NCBI RefSeq assembly: GCF_964355755.1
Contig: NC_092670.1
Location: forward strand, 17,966,795 to 18,030,794
Direction: 5' to 3'
Length of the DNA: 64,000 nucleotides
Origin: Antedon mediterranea
Lineage: Eukaryota > Animalia > Echinodermata
The position numbers were made by a program, and so were the translations under genes. Of the stretch, positions 1 to 14,650 are shown piece after piece. How positions within the stretch are numbered: the stretch's first letter is position 1; every line of letters starts with the position of its first letter. The notes beneath the pieces were generated by a model. The model had not been told where the DNA came from. It did no database searches and saw only the letters and a program-made list of their open reading frames with translations.

Positions 1-2224
1 GAAGTCCATGTTACCGTGCTACAAGAACGATGTCCAGCGATTTAATGGCGATTCGGACACCAATACTAATTCTTTGAATCATCGACAGCAAGTTGTTAAC
101 ACGACTGCTCAGACATTTTAAAATATTGGACATTCGTTGCTTTCTTTATAGGCCTACATCATTACACTAATAGCTGTGACCGCCGGAATTGCTAAACAAA
201 CAAACATTCGCCAAAACTGATATTATTTTGGAGTAATGATTGTGCTTGTTTCTAAAGTCTAAGATTCCATGAGTGTCTATTCGAGTAAAAACTAAATAAA
301 GTTACCGAGAATTCATATTAAGAAATTTCCCCTTGAATAGGGTGTGGTGTAAGTTAATAAGAGTACACTTATAACTTAACTCTTCCCTGGTTAAAGTATA
401 CGTGTAAGCTAATTTTAAATGTTTATTAGGCAAACACATTAATAATAAATGTATTATATGGCGTATGCGAATTTTTTGTATTGTGTATATTTTCTGAAAT
501 TGTGAATTTGTATTGACAAATATCATGTATATTCTTTTTTTTTTCTCTTTCGTGGGGGTCACCCACATTTATTCATTCCTTTTACAAATATATATTATAT
601 AACATACATACATTTTTATAAAATAAAGAACAATAAAATTCAATATAACAGCTAAAAAGGCACTATATCTATACATGTACATAAAATCGATGGAGTAAAA
701 GTATGCTTTAAAAACGTACATTTTATGTTTATTGCAAGTTATAGTAAAAGTACGACTATTTATCATTTAAATTTACTTTATATTAAGAAATGTATTAAAA
801 AGTAGCTGTTTCTTTTATTATATCTTAAATCATGTATATTCTTTTAATTATTTTTGCACCATCACCAGATTCGACATTAATTTATACCACCATCTTTTAT
901 AGTTAGAATGTTATCCGCTGAAACTACTTAAAGTTCCCAATTATTAAGTCCGGCGCACACTAGAGCTTTCGGCTGAGCCAACTGGCACGAGTAACACTTG
1001 CTCACATCGTGCGTCGGGCTTTAGTTTCAGTACGTTACATTTTTTGTTTGAAGGATAGAGGATGTTCAGACGAATCGAAAGTAACGCGAGCGCATAATTT
1101 CGTGTTTGATGCAACTTTACATTAGACTTTAGGCCGTCTCAACATAACTATAAATGGTAAATCTACTCTAATTTATTTCAAACTAAACATCCACAAACAA
1201 TAAACATATATCATGGAAAATGTGACCACAAACAAATAAGTAAAAAGTTAGTTGCACGATACCAAAATAAGGCGATACCCGGATAAACAATGATGATGGA
1301 GAAATTTGACCGATGAATAAAATAATCAGGAAAATAAAGTTTTCCTGATTATTAGAATTAGTCGCAATCACCGATATTTTTAAATAATAAAACATGGACT
1401 GGATGATTTTACGCGATAATACGTAGTTTTCTGAGCGTGTGCAGTATGTCTGTTAAAAAATAATACGTTTTTTTCTTCGAAAATGAAGAGTGTCGAAATA
1501 TGTGTTTATTTAAAACAATTTAATCATCAATTTTCCAAATATAAAACCATAACTTGTAAACTATTGTATAGTAGGCTACCTGTCATTAATAGTATTTCAC
1601 AAAAAAATATACAACGACGATCTCAATATTAATATTTATAACCGGGGTAACCTACATTATTCGTAGTTGAGTTATTAATTCTAACAACAAGTATGGCGCG
1701 CCACGCTGTCAAAACTAAGATATCTCTATTGCTTGAATAAATAACAGCTTGGCGCGCCATACACAAGGTTTAACATTCATATTTGAACCTATTCAATCTT
1801 AATTCATCAGTAACCGATGGATGTAATTAAAAGCTTTCGAATCCCGACACAAAAGAGAAGCATTTCCCGATAATATCCTTTGATTTCATTCTGAATTAAC
1901 AATAGATTATTAAATTAGAAAATCAGTTGATATCGCAATGAGGTCGCAATAAATACTTTCACTCAATAGACACAGGCCTGGTAATTTGATTCTGCTGAGA
2001 AAATTGAATTGTTTTAAAGCTTAAAAAACCCTGGATATTGAGAAATATTATGTTGTCAATTCTTAAATATCTTGCAGGAAATAGGAACGGGACAGGAAAC
2101 CAACACTACTTCTACTTAGACAACGTCAGCGGAGATTTTGGTAAAAGTCGCCGTTTACTATTTTAAGGATTAATTACGCATAGTTAAAACTGGACTTCAT
2201 TCCCCAATTGATATAGAAGCCTAA

Positions 2225-2358
2225 AGTTCTGTCCACACTAGTTGGACAAAAAAAAAGTGTGATATGCCCAAATATGGTAGTGATATGACATCATCATGTC
2301 CATATATGGGCACATCACATTTTTTGTTACGTAAAGTTTGATAGTGCAGACAGAACCT
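2225..2358. mobile_element. MITE family 1 copy (reverse orientation)
   Basis: Shares the tgtgatgtgcccatatatggacatgatgatgtcatatcactacc core and TIRs. Confidence 0.8.
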
Positions 2359-3772
2359 TAGAATGTGTAGTCTTTATGAATCAAGAGAACAAGAGACGTT
2401 TAAAAAATATGTATAAAATACCAATAAATAAATCCGAAGGCAAATTACTGAACAATTTCAACGCTGTGGGTATCAGTGGCTGTATCTCAATGGAGATATA
2501 CAATAAATAATCAAAAAGCTAAATCAAAACGATAAAGTAAAACAGCCAGAAATATTAGCAGAGCTTTAATAAATAAATAACATGCTACCTCCTATACCCC
2601 ACTTACAGAAAAGTAAAATCAAGAAACTCTGTTGTTATATCACAAATGTTACATTTTCGAACAATATCGGTTTCGTGTAGCTATAGTTACAAAGTGCAAG
2701 GCATGTCCAGTTAAACTGCGTTAGCAGACCACCGTGTGTGACACAAAGGTAGGCCTAATTGTTATATAAATATTAAAACTTGGTGTATTCATTTCGTCTA
2801 ATGAAAAGTCATTAGACCAACACATTAAAATAGAACGTTGTCTGAGGTAAATCAATCTATCAATCAATAAATTAAATAAACATTTTGGCTTAACAAATCA
2901 CAAAGTTGAAAGAAACGTTTATTTATATCATTACAGTAGTTTCTGCTGACCAATAGCTCCAATCTCACCCTCACAAATCAACAAATAATAATAATTTATT
3001 TGGAAGCTACACTTTTGAAACAGTGGCACACTTCTTGAATGACGGTGCGTCCAGAGTAATTAAAATAAAATAGGAGTTACAAGAAAAAATGATTTAACAA
3101 TAGGTTTATTTACAGTACAAGGAAACTTAAACTAAATTATGTACAAGATAAAAAAATAACAACACAAATCAACAAATTATCAAAGCACTCGTCTTTATTC
3201 TTATAATATGAATAAAGCATAACTGCTGATCAACAATGATTCTACTTCAATTACTGCAGTAACTATATTTTCTATTGCAATAACATGATTTTATTTTGTT
3301 TCAATGTAAAAGTTTACGAGGTAGCCATTAAAATATCATTGTTTTTATTCAGGAAACACCTTATTAAATAAATAACTGCCTAACCGGTTAAAGCGTAAAC
3401 AAAATGCAGTTATTACTGCAGTAACTGCAGTAGAAGTCACAATTAACCAGATGAATAATCTGTGTAGAAGTATCGACATAATGACTAGAGAAAAATTCAA
3501 TTTAGTTTGTGTGACTACAAAACACAGCATTAACCTAATTGATATGTTATAGGTCAACCTATTGACGAATAAAATGAACTTATCAGAGCTTTAATAATTA
3601 ATAGAGTTGCAAGCCCATCATAGCACTAATGGTACGCCACACATTTTAGCAGTTTAAATTGACTGCGATTTGATAAATGTCAATCAGACAAAAGAGTGAA
3701 ATATGTTTTTTAAGGCACATAATTGAATGCACTTTAAGAGGACAGTAGTTAACATTCACTGTATTTTTTTAA

Positions 3773-4096
3773 AGATGTATTAACCCTCAAAAACATGAAA
3801 AATAAAAATTAATAAAATCAGACTTTGAATAGATTATTTTGTAGTTTTAATAAAATTAATCAGTCCATAGAGAAAAAAACGGCAAAATATTAATGTTTTC
3901 ACTTATAAAATGACAAAATAAATGATTGATTTCAACCAAAAACTATTTTTTACTATTTTTGTTAGTTTTTAGGTAAATACATTTTTTTTTCCAATCCAAT
4001 TTTTGGTCAAAGCGAATAACTATTAGGTGACATTAAAATGGCATATTCAACAACAAAATTGTTTGAGAATTATTTTTTCAGGGGGACAATACATCT
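3773..4096. mobile_element. Possible Kolobok-like MITE relic
   Basis: ttaa-AGATGTATT...AATACATCT-ctaa imperfect TIRs. Confidence 0.35.
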
Positions 4097-5181
4097 CTAA
4101 TGTGTTTTCCTTCATGTTGGAAAAAATAACTATTTGTTGTATTGTATAGTTTTAGCCTATTTTTAAATTCTATTTCCTCCAAAACATACAAAAAAAATAC
4201 AACTTTGATATATGCCATTTTGTAATTTTGATCAAGTTATTCACTATAGGCCTAGGCAAACAAACTGTGAACAACAATAAAGATTTCACTTATACATTTT
4301 TGTTTTTAAATCTACTGTTAGGTGAAAATGATCATTAAATTGGCATATTTGTTCTTGCATTCTCTTGTCAGAGTCAATTTATTCGGTATTCTGACCATTC
4401 TATCTTGTTCAAAAAACGTTTGAATTACAGTACAAAATGCGGTTTCCAGAGCAAAATTGTTTGTAATTTTTATCCAATGATTTTTAATTTCTAGTTGCCA
4501 TGTTGACAACCAGATATTACGTAAAAATAAATGGTTTGATAATAAACAACCTACGTGAGCCGGAGAAGACCACCAAGAAACTAGCCAATGCCGACTAGAC
4601 TTAATTTTTCTGGAATTTAAACCAAACAATAATTTTTTTTTAAACGTATACTTGATTATTCAAATAGGAATTGAAAACTACAAGTTTATAAATATTATAA
4701 AATAAATTATATAATTATTTATTTATATTCTAAAAACAATTATTTTAACTGAATTGAGTTGATCCAAGAATAATAATACTGTATTATCAGAAAATAAATA
4801 AAAATATTATAGTAGATTAATATTGATCTATTCCATGAGAAAACCATTCTTAATTATGAATAGAGCAATTATGGAAGAACTTGTTTATATCATATAAGTA
4901 AATCAAAACTCATAAAAAATTGGTTTATATTTATTTAATTTTAATGATTGATTATAATCTCAAGGTTGTCTTAATATGTTGGTTAGTTACGTACTTTTTC
5001 ACGGCGACAATAGCACAGTACATCTCTCAAGGGCCAGGTGCATCCTACGTTGAATCAGAGCATGTACCTATTGATTACCAATACCTACAGCATTTCCTCT
5101 TAGCAACTGTTGCAATGTTAGTAAATCATTGTAGCATTAAGAATGATTTAAGTAAAATAACATAAACTGTTGTATCTCTAA

Positions 5182-5328
5182 AGCTCTGTCTACACTATAC
5201 AACTTTATGTTACAAAAAATGTGATGTGTCCATTTATGGACATGATGATGTCAAATCACTACCATATTTGAGCATATTACTACCATATTTGGGCACATCA
5301 CACTTTTTTTGTCAAACTAGTTTGATAG
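5182..5328. mobile_element. MITE family 1 copy
   Basis: Same core and left TIR. Confidence 0.8.
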
Positions 5329-6109
5329 CTTCATAAAGTGCCTAATACAATGTTCCTAAGCGCTTATCATACCAAAATGATCCATAAATTATCCTAAAAT
5401 AACCAAAAAAAGAAGAAAAGAAACCATTTACACCGCTATGTTCTCCAGCACTTTGAAGTTCCCATATGAGAGCTCACCGGAACAGTATTCACAGGAGCTC
5501 GAGTAAAAAAGGCATATGTCTATCCAAAACACTTTGCGGTAAAGTTTTAATGCCTCTTAATATTTCATACTCATCCAACAGTGAGAAACTTGCCAATTAC
5601 ATGAGGGATAAACTAAAGTCATGGTACTTATAAACTATGTCTTATTTGAGGCTTAGAAAGTGGTGTAGAAAAAGTTGTTTGTGAGTTACAATTTAAGTAG
5701 TGTAAAATTCAAATAAATATTTTTTATAGATTAGAGTAGAGTAATAAAGAATTTAAAAAGTATTAAAGGCAAATTGTAACCATTAACAATTTTAAAATGT
5801 GATAAAATTGTAAACAATTCCAATGCTCGTTTTGATAATTGCCTCACAAGATACAAACAGCTTACATTCTTATTAAGGATATTAGTTAAATGTGAACAAT
5901 TATTCCAACCGGACAGGTGAACACATTGAGGTCATCCATGGACAACGAATGAAATCAAAACATTAACAGTTGGCCGCACAGCACAGTCAATACACCTAGT
6001 TCAGTCAATTGTTGATTTCCAAAACAATTCGCTGAAGGACTAATGAATTAATTTTTTTAGCAGACCTCCCCAACATTTATTAACAGCAGGCTCTTGAATA
6101 TCTACATTT

Positions 6110-6560
6110 ATTTTATCTTATTTTTATTTTATTCAATCAAAACCAACAGCGATAATTACCGCCACTTACAGGTTTGAAACATAAAATAATACATCAAAAA
6201 CAAAAATATATATATAGATCTTTTTGCGATATCAAAGCATTATATATCAGTTATTTTAGCAGGAATGCTTATATTTACATACATAAACCATTTATATTGC
6301 GCAAATGTCAAGGCGTATTACAGATAACTAAAACTAAATTTTAACGTTAATCAATGTTATGAAAAAAGTGTAATTTTAGGAGTTTTTAACTTATTGACGC
6401 CTTATGAATATGCTGTGGAAGCATGTTCCACATACGGGGGCCAGAGACATCGAAGGACTGATCCCCTGTGGAGGTGATTTGTCGGAGGAAAGAGTTGGGT
6501 ATTATCAAAAGAGGATCGGAGCATTTAAGCTCCCATCTTTAAAATAAGAAGTTCAGTTTA
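6110..6560 (-). mobile_element. L2-like LINE 3' end fragment
   Basis: Translates GDQSFDVSGPRMWNMLPQHI..KLLKLHFF (L2-type C-terminus), followed by a stem-loop tail and an A-rich end. Confidence 0.6.
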
Positions 6561-6606
6561 TTGCGCTCTTATTCTCTAATAATCTACAATAAATATGAAA
6601 TCTTAC

Positions 6607-9600
6607 TTGTAGTTTGTGAGCCACACGATGTGTTTTACCAATGTCTGTTGTCCATACACTTGCACACAGACCATACTTGACTCCATTCGCTCTGTCAATC
6701 GCCTAAAGATACCCATATTAACAGTTGGTTAAAAGCATCATCAAAATAAAATATCCACAATCGAAATAATTCTCATTAATGAAGTCTTTACTGCATTGAA
6801 ACATAACAACGTATAGTCAAGTCAAGTATCATTTATTATCATTTGTTTTAGGAAAAACATAGAAATTCTGTTTGCTCTGTTGGCGGAGCACAATATCCAA
6901 CGGACACAACACGAACTCAAAAACAAAAACATTACAAAAAAAAGTCTACATCATATTTAAGGCTCTAGGCTGATGCTTTTGATTCGCATGAACAAATTTG
7001 CCTAGTGGAAAACAGGCTTTAGAAAGGTTTGTAAAGCAGGGTCACATTGTGTCACATGCATCATAGGAATTATGTTTAAGCTTACATTAGGGTTCCATAT
7101 GACACTGTATTTAGGAATTTGCCTGTGGTATTATACTGCTTCACTGCAAGCTTGGTGTAGAGGTTCGAATGTCAGGCTGGTGATCTAAGGTTGTTTGTTT
7201 TTTCAAATTACTGAGCATTCAAAACATGTGAGAGTATGTATCTGACTAAAGCTCTGTCTACAATATCAAACTTTATGTGACAAAAAAATGTGATGTGCCC
7301 ATATATGGACATGATGATGTCATATCACTACCATATTTGAGCATATCACTACCATATGTGGACACATCACACTTGTCTTTTCAAACTAGTTTGATAATGT
7401 AGACAGAGCTCCACTAAAGAGTAGAGAGCAGACTAACCTCTTGTTCTGTAGTAAAAGACTGGATACAAACTACAGGTCCAAATATCTCTTCTTGCATGCA
7501 TCTTGATTGGTCATCAAGGCCTGTTATTATAGTAGGCAACATGAAGTAGCCCTGAAATAATTAATACATAAAAGATAAAAAACTACACACAGAAACAAGA
7601 AGCAGTCTTTGAAGGTTTTGGACGTCTAGAATGAGGTATGACTCCATGACAACACACACAGTAACAAGAAGCAGTCTTTGAAGGTTTTGGACGTCTAGAA
7701 TGAGGTATGTCTCCATGACAACACACACAGAAACAAGAAGCAGTCTTTTAAGGTTTTGGACGTCTAGAATGAGGTATGTCTCCATGACAACACACACAGA
7801 AACAAGAAACAGTCTTTGAAGGTTTTGGACGTCTAGAATGAGGTATGTCTCCATGACAACACACACAGAAACAAGAAGCAGTCTTTGAAGGTTTTGGACG
7901 TCTAGAATGAGGTATGTCTCCATGACAACACACACAGAAACAAGAAGCAGTCTTTGAAGGTTTTGGACGTCTAGAATGAGGTATGTCGGAGACTCCATGA
8001 CAACACACACAGAAACAAGTCTTTAGGAGTGACATGGGATTCGAACCCATGACTCTGGGATTGGTAACCATCCTACTAAAACTTATGTAGTTAGTTTTAT
8101 ATATATTGTTTTCAATTGATATATCATTCATTAAATATACAACAGAACTCACTTTTTCATTTTCTTTAGGCAGCGTTAGTTCATCAACAGAATCCCCAAT
8201 CAATATTTTGCCACCATCTTCTTTTGCTAAACGGACATAACCTTTGACCTTAGCAAGGTGTTCCTTACTGACTAGTGCTCCCATATTTGTAGCTGAATCC
8301 TTTGGGTTTCCCACAATTATTTTCCTGCAAGTTCAAGAGTATAGTGAACATTTTGTCAACATGGGAATATATTTGTATTGTGTTAATACCTGCTTTAATA
8401 CATTAGTTGTATAGGTTGATAGAATATGCTAGATGGACATTTTCACCTGTAAAGCACTGTCTACACTATGAAACTTTGTGACAAAAAAAAATATGTGCCC
8501 ATATATGAACATGATGTCATATCACTACCATATTTGGGTATATCACTACCATATTTGGGCACATCACACTAAATTTTAGTTAGATAGTGTATCAGCTAAT
8601 AAAATAAAAAATGTAAAGTTTCAACTCTAGAGGGCATTGCATCCACCTAAGAGACATATTAAGAGATTGATAAAAGTGTAGGTTTGGAGCCTACTAATGA
8701 TGTTAATGATGATGATGATGAACCACATCTGACATGTGTGGGGTCAAGGTGTCAAATTTAATATACAGTGTACATTCCTACAATATGAGCAAAAACACTT
8801 TTTCACTTTGTAAAATCATGTTTTTAAAGTTTAGTACTGCAGCATGGAACTGAGTTCATATAAAAAAGAAATGATGACCTACAAAATAAAAAAGGGAAGT
8901 TCTTGTTCCCCCTGAACCCTCTGTATGCGTCACTGTATTAAACACTTTCTCTTACTTGGTGGCCTCAACAAATCTTGTGATGAACGTGTTGTAGATAGCA
9001 TCTTGTACGTAGATCCTACTGGTACACAGACAGATCTCACCTTGGTTGGCAAAAGCTGAACGTATTACTCTGTTGATACACTTGTCAAGGTCTGCATCAG
9101 AAAACACAATCGCTGGGTTCTTGCCTCCAAGCTAAAAGAAACAAAAAGGAAATCAAATAATTAATTATAAATAAAAAAGTGGCCTTATGGCTCACTATTT
9201 ACAATTTTAATTATTCATATGATATACTTAATACATTTAATATACTTAATACATTTAAAATACTTAATACATTTAATATACTAAATACATATGCTTAATA
9301 CATCTTCTTTCTTTTAGGCTTTCCCATAATATTGTAAGTTATTTTAGTAAAGTGAGATAAATATATGAAATGTGTTGAGCATAGTAGTGAGTAGTACTTT
9401 AGTATGCTTGGCATTAGTGTGTAGTGACAGCAATAAATCTCACTCCTGACGACGATAACAAGTATATTGATCAAAACGTTTAGAAACTCAACTGTTCTTT
9501 TCAGAACTACATACATGGTATACTGCAAACTTTATATCAAAATAGCAATAAAATCTTTATTGAAATTATTTTCATTATCTGAGACAACTGTGACAGCCTT

Positions 9601-11949
9601 TGGCTGCTTGTTACATGAAAACAACTTTAATGAAAAAATTATACCAGAGTATATCTGATAAGGCTGTCGTTTTTATAAACAATGATAACTAACAATAATA
9701 ATACTAGGGAGACAACTCCCTCATAATACCTCCAGTGAAAGCTTCTTGCAGTAAGGAGCACTTGCTTCAATGATCTTTTGAGCCGTGACCGTACCACCAG
9801 TAAAAGAAATAATCGGGATATCTGGATGGCGTACAATGGCATCTCCGGCTTTAGGTCCAGTACCATAAACAAAGTTAACAACACCTGGTGGAAGACCTAA
9901 AAAAGGAAAAAAAATGTTATTTATTATTTATAATTTTTTATAAAAGTATCAAAATAAAAACAAATTGAAAATAAAAAGCATACCTGCTTCATTCAGTAAC
10001 TTGGCAAACATCCAAGACGTAACTGACGTAAATTCACTCGGCTTGCAGACACATGTGTTGCCGGCAGCGATGCACGGCGCCACCTTGAAAGTCAAAAGGT
10101 ATAATGGTAGATTCCATGGGCTGATGAGACCAGCCACTCCGATTGGTGAACGAGTTGTGTAATTCACTGCTCCAGCTTGCTCCAAAAGAGTAGACCTAAG
10201 ATTTTTTTCACATTTAAAAAAATTAATTAATTGAACGATCGTTTAATAGTACTTTTTTCGTGTACGAAAACAAAATCTTTTCGTGTTTGGAAAATATTTT
10301 GTTCTATACTATTGCTTTTGAAATACAACAGCGCCACTTATTTTGTAATTTCGCCGCGATTTGAATGTTATTTTTCGTGATGGAGGTACATTTCTGGAGA
10401 GATAATGTACTAACTTAGATCAAAAAGGCATTTAAATTAGCTTTAGATCGTTTGTAGGATTTTTATTAATTAATAGGAACATGTCTACAAGACGTGGAAT
10501 CGTTGGAAAAAACATAATTAGCCTAGATGAGTTCCAGTTGTCTGTCAAAGTTTTGCCTTTCAGCCTAGGCCTGTTTGTATTAGGCTAAGTCTAGCCAAGG
10601 CGTTTTAGCCTTGCTAGGCCTAAGATTGTTTGGTTGTTTGTTGACATAATTAACACTAAAGTAGGTGCGTTTATAAAATCCATATAAATATAACAATCAT
10701 TTAATATAATATTATTAAAAACCAAATGTTTAATCAATGTGAATTAAATGTAGGCCCATGGCTAGGGCTACCTTTATTTGATTCAAATGACAGGAATCTA
10801 TTTAGATGTTCTTTTATATTCGTGTAATGGTACAAATAATGGCACAAGGTAAATGATGAAAGGTTAAATATCAATTGTTGATATATATCCTTTCATCATT
10901 CACCTCATACCATTATTTGTACCATTACACTAATAAACATTCATTATTTGTATATAAATACCTGCATTTCTGATAAAAAAATTATTTTTAGATTTCAACC
11001 ATATTTTCTCAGCTCTTTAATTGTTATAATACTTTATTCATATAATTATGTGGTATTATTAGCAGCATTTCTAATAAAAACATTATTATTAGATTTCATT
11101 AGAAAAGTATAGTGTGGTTGCATTTGAATTATTTTTTTCCAGGACGTACCGATTGGCAGTGTGTACAAATGCTGTAGCAAAAAATCTAAAGTTATGTACT
11201 GCTCTTGGGATGTCCACTTTCCTAGCCAGTGAGACTGGTTTGCCTTGATCTTTGGATTCTGCTTGGGCTAGCTCTTCTAAATTTGCCTCAATTATGTCGG
11301 CAATCTTATTCAAAATGGTTGATCTCTCATTTGCTGTCTTAGAGGACCAACTGGAAAAGAATGCACACAATATTTATAATTTATTATATAGTAGTATTGC
11401 GTTGATTTGAGAAAAGCAATTTATATTTATATATATGTTTATAAAATGTGACTATAAATTGTCTTTGCATCTCTGACAGTCACAGCATAGTGGATCCTAT
11501 GATCCTCACCAATTAGGTGGGCTCAGAGTGCTGCCTACAGTTGATGTAAGGGGGTCATGGTTGTGGTGTAAACCAAATCTTTAATTAAAACTTCATGTTC
11601 ATATATTGTCAAATAAATTGCTGAAAAATCTGCAATTCAAACAAGCAAGATCAAATCAGTACTAGTACATTAGTATAGCATTGATCACTGTTTACATAAG
11701 TATAGCTAGTTAGGTACAAATACAGGGTAATCATAATGCTCTTCTAGACTAGCTAGGCTTGTTTAACAGAATATCGACGTACCTGGGAAATGCATTCTTC
11801 GCCGCGGCCACAGCCAGGTCAACCTCATCCTTTCCACTATCGGGGATACGTGCCCATACTTTCCCTGTAGATGGATCAAAACTATCTAAATGTGTATCAC
11901 AAGCAATGAATTCACCCCCAATGTAATTTTCAATAACTATCTCTGCCAT
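6607..11949 (-). CDS. ALDH8A1: Aldehyde dehydrogenase family 8 member A1 (2-aminomuconic semialdehyde dehydrogenase)-like; 8 coding exons, 3' end not found
   Basis: Exons 11949-11783, 11350-11150, 10195-9984, 9896-9730, 9131-8956, 8324-8153, 7551-7438 and 6702-6607. All are GT-AG with consistent phases, giving 435 codons. Motifs: [63 protein letters not shown], catalytic [32 protein letters not shown]. Confidence 0.93.
7250..7410. mobile_element. MITE family 1 copy
   Basis: Both TIRs present: agctctgtctaca...tgtagacagagct. Confidence 0.85.
7585..8019. repeat. 69-bp minisatellite, ~6.3 copies, in an ALDH8A1 intron
   Basis: Unit start agaaacaagaagcagtc at 7591, 7660, 7729, 7798, 7867 and 7936; a tRNA-SINE-like fragment (gggattcgaaccc) follows directly. 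Confidence 0.95.
8453..8590. mobile_element. MITE family 1 copy
   Basis: Same core sequence. Confidence 0.75.
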
Positions 11950-14470
11950 TTTGCAACAAAATACTAATTTTAATCTAGATTGTTAGGCCTAACGCAACGT
12001 TTACGAAACCCAACCATGCGTAGCATGCAGTTGCTTTTGTTTATGTTTTTTGATCTATCTATAGAGGGAGATCTTTACAGTTGTTTTTTTTTTGGCAACA
12101 AATGAAACTTTGCTTCTCTTACCGCCCTCTAGCACTCTGATGGTGTGTAAAATTACATCTTTTTTACCATATACACAATCAATAAAAAAATTGTTATTGT
12201 TTATTGTTTAGAGGGTATACGAACTTTTCCATTATAATTTTTCACAATATTCGACCATCCTGAGTTCAATTCTTCTTTCTCACAACAGATTGGGTCCGGT
12301 CCTCAAGGCCTAATCAACATTATCTCTAGATTTTTTTTCAAGAAGCATTTAATGTTTTTAAAAACTAAATCAGTCTGTTTTTGGATTGCTAACTGGTGCA
12401 TCAACTATTTAGTTACCTTACTTGCCTTAGCTAAAAGTAAATAAAACTAAAAACATTAAATTAAAGTACTGGAACGGAGAACAAAATAGTGGTTTAAAGA
12501 CCTTTTGATCACACAGAGATTGAAGTTTTTGTTGCTATTATATTTAACTACTTTTATTCATTCAGAAATCGGTAAAGTTTATGAAAATACATTTTGAACG
12601 TTATATTGAGTAGACTTATTGGAAGACAAGGTTAGGCTGCCCTAGAACCACAGTTTAGTTGTAGCTATTGTGACCGACATGGCGCGTAAACTTTCCAATT
12701 TTAGTTTATCGTCTGAGTCATAGGAAGCCAAGTAATTACAGCAAATAGGTGTTTCCATCTAGGATTAAACCACTTTATTAATGGGGGTGTTACAACGTGC
12801 ACACATTATGAATCCGTAAATATACATGACTACATTGACTCTTCTTACATAAAGTGGTTTACGTCAATGGGAAATGTTACATGATGTGTTTGATTACCAC
12901 TAAGTTTTAGTCTGAGAAACGTTGAGCACTCAGATCAAGTGTTTGGCAAGTTATTAAATAGTCACTCTTCTATATTTAGATCTTAGTTTACTATCCTATT
13001 TTGACTACTGTTAATTAAATAAGAACCTATAGGCATATGCATATGCATAGAATTCAAATAATTTAACATATTTTCACGTGAAAAAATCCACAGTTATTTT
13101 ATTGTTAATAATGCTTTTCTTATAACAGAAACTCGGCAGACAATATAAATACTTTCAACCACCGCCCACTACCTTAAATAATTTTCAATGTTACTCATGA
13201 TATTATACACCTCAGCAAATATAATAATTAAATCGATCAAATCAAATTGTATCCGATCCTTTGAACATAAACGTGTTCAGTACTGTAGAGTGCTGGATGA
13301 TGATGATACACCAACATTCCACAAAATATATTTAAATTCCACATTTGTTTCAATAGACATTAAAAGATTGTAGCCACTCTATGCCATATATTATAATAGG
13401 CTATTGACACGGTTTCATTATGCCATCTATTATATAATAGGCTATTGACACGGCTTAATTAAAGGCACTATTCGAACGGAAACGTTCACGACAAATGGAA
13501 ACATATTCCGTAATTAGAATTGAATGTAACATTTCTATAGCTACATAGAAAAGGAAATTATAAGATGCGTCACATTCTGTGCTCGTGATTGACGATCATG
13601 CAATAATTTACTAAAACACATTTTGAATGTAATTTAATACAAAATTTATAACTATAGATTTGAACTCGACACTAGGCCGAGTTAGGTGATCTGCGCAAAG
13701 AAAGTGAAGACTAGAGATCTTTGAGCTTGACAAGTCTAGTCTACTGACAAACCTTTTTGCAAACTTAAACTCTGATTTAGCAAGAAAAGTTTTCCAAGGT
13801 TTGCTAATTGTAGACCAGTTGACAAACGGCAAACTGCAGAAAACAAGCTTGCAGAAGTCTACACAAGATAACTTTAGTTTGCAAACGAACGAAAACTCTG
13901 AGTTTTCCAAATTTGCAAAAGTCTACAGTAGCAAATTATGCAAACAATACTAATGTATTTGCTAATGTTTAAGACTATCTTGCATTTCAGATTATTAGGC
14001 GCGGCAGATAAACTTACTAGATATGGAAAGCGGCAATGTTAGAGTTCTTCTTAATATAAAGGCAGCTTGATAAACAAAAGCCTGTTTAAATAAGATAAAC
14101 AAATTAGAAAACGTATATCTATTTCGAAAATTGGTTTCTTGATAAAAGGGTTTATTATGGTTGAAAGCCTTTCTGAACTTTGCAACAACCAAACGACACA
14201 GCAAAACGGATTTTAAGATAAGTCAACCTCAACCCCCTAATTAATTGTGTATGTATAATTTAGCTCTGTGTTTGTTTTAGTAATAATTGTTTTGGGCAGC
14301 TTAGGGGGCATATCTAAAATTGAGTGTAGGCCTATCTATCTATGAAATTGAACAGCTTTACTAATTATAAACCTGTGAGTAGGCTATAGCGTTTGCAAAA
14401 ATCTGTACATGCATTACTTCCCAAATTCAATACATGCCAACTGTAGCTTGCAAGAGATCCACAGGCAGGT

Positions 14471-14476
14471 TATAAA
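14471..14476 (+). promoter_or_regulatory. Candidate TATA box for otopetrin exon 1a
   Basis: TATAAA ~180 bp upstream of ATG 14651, with a CRE-like TACGTCA nearby. Confidence 0.35.
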
Positions 14477-14650
14477 CGAGTGAATCATACAACTTCCCCA
14501 GCTAATACTACGTCATCAAAACTTGCTTACTTCTAAACGCCCGTTAGCATTCACAATTTGAGACCATTCCACAGCGATAGACTGGGACAGACCATACCCG
14601 TGCGGCACTTACGACCGCCATTGCACATTTTTACGACAAAAGTGACGACA

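Noticed and set aside
2-121. Open frame KSMLPCYKND...TAQTF* that might be the C-terminus of a gene entering from the left
   Set aside because: Too short to assign; a similar-length minus-strand frame also exists and no motif was recognised.
7585-8019. CRISPR-like appearance of the regular repeats (also at 23.7, 45.2 and 60.3 kb)
   Set aside because: Units are head-to-tail with no unique spacers, there are no cas genes, and the context is eukaryotic.
8030-8075. tRNA-like GGGTTCGAATCCC on the minus strand
   Set aside because: No complete cloverleaf; most likely a SINE head fragment.
7561-8140. 149-aa and 188-aa repetitive ORFs
   Set aside because: They are read-through of the 69-bp intronic minisatellite; only 8153-8324 is a real ALDH exon.
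13670-13990. Region with recurring tttgcaaa and gtctac motifs
   Set aside because: Probably a decayed repeat; no unit, TIR or boundary could be defined.
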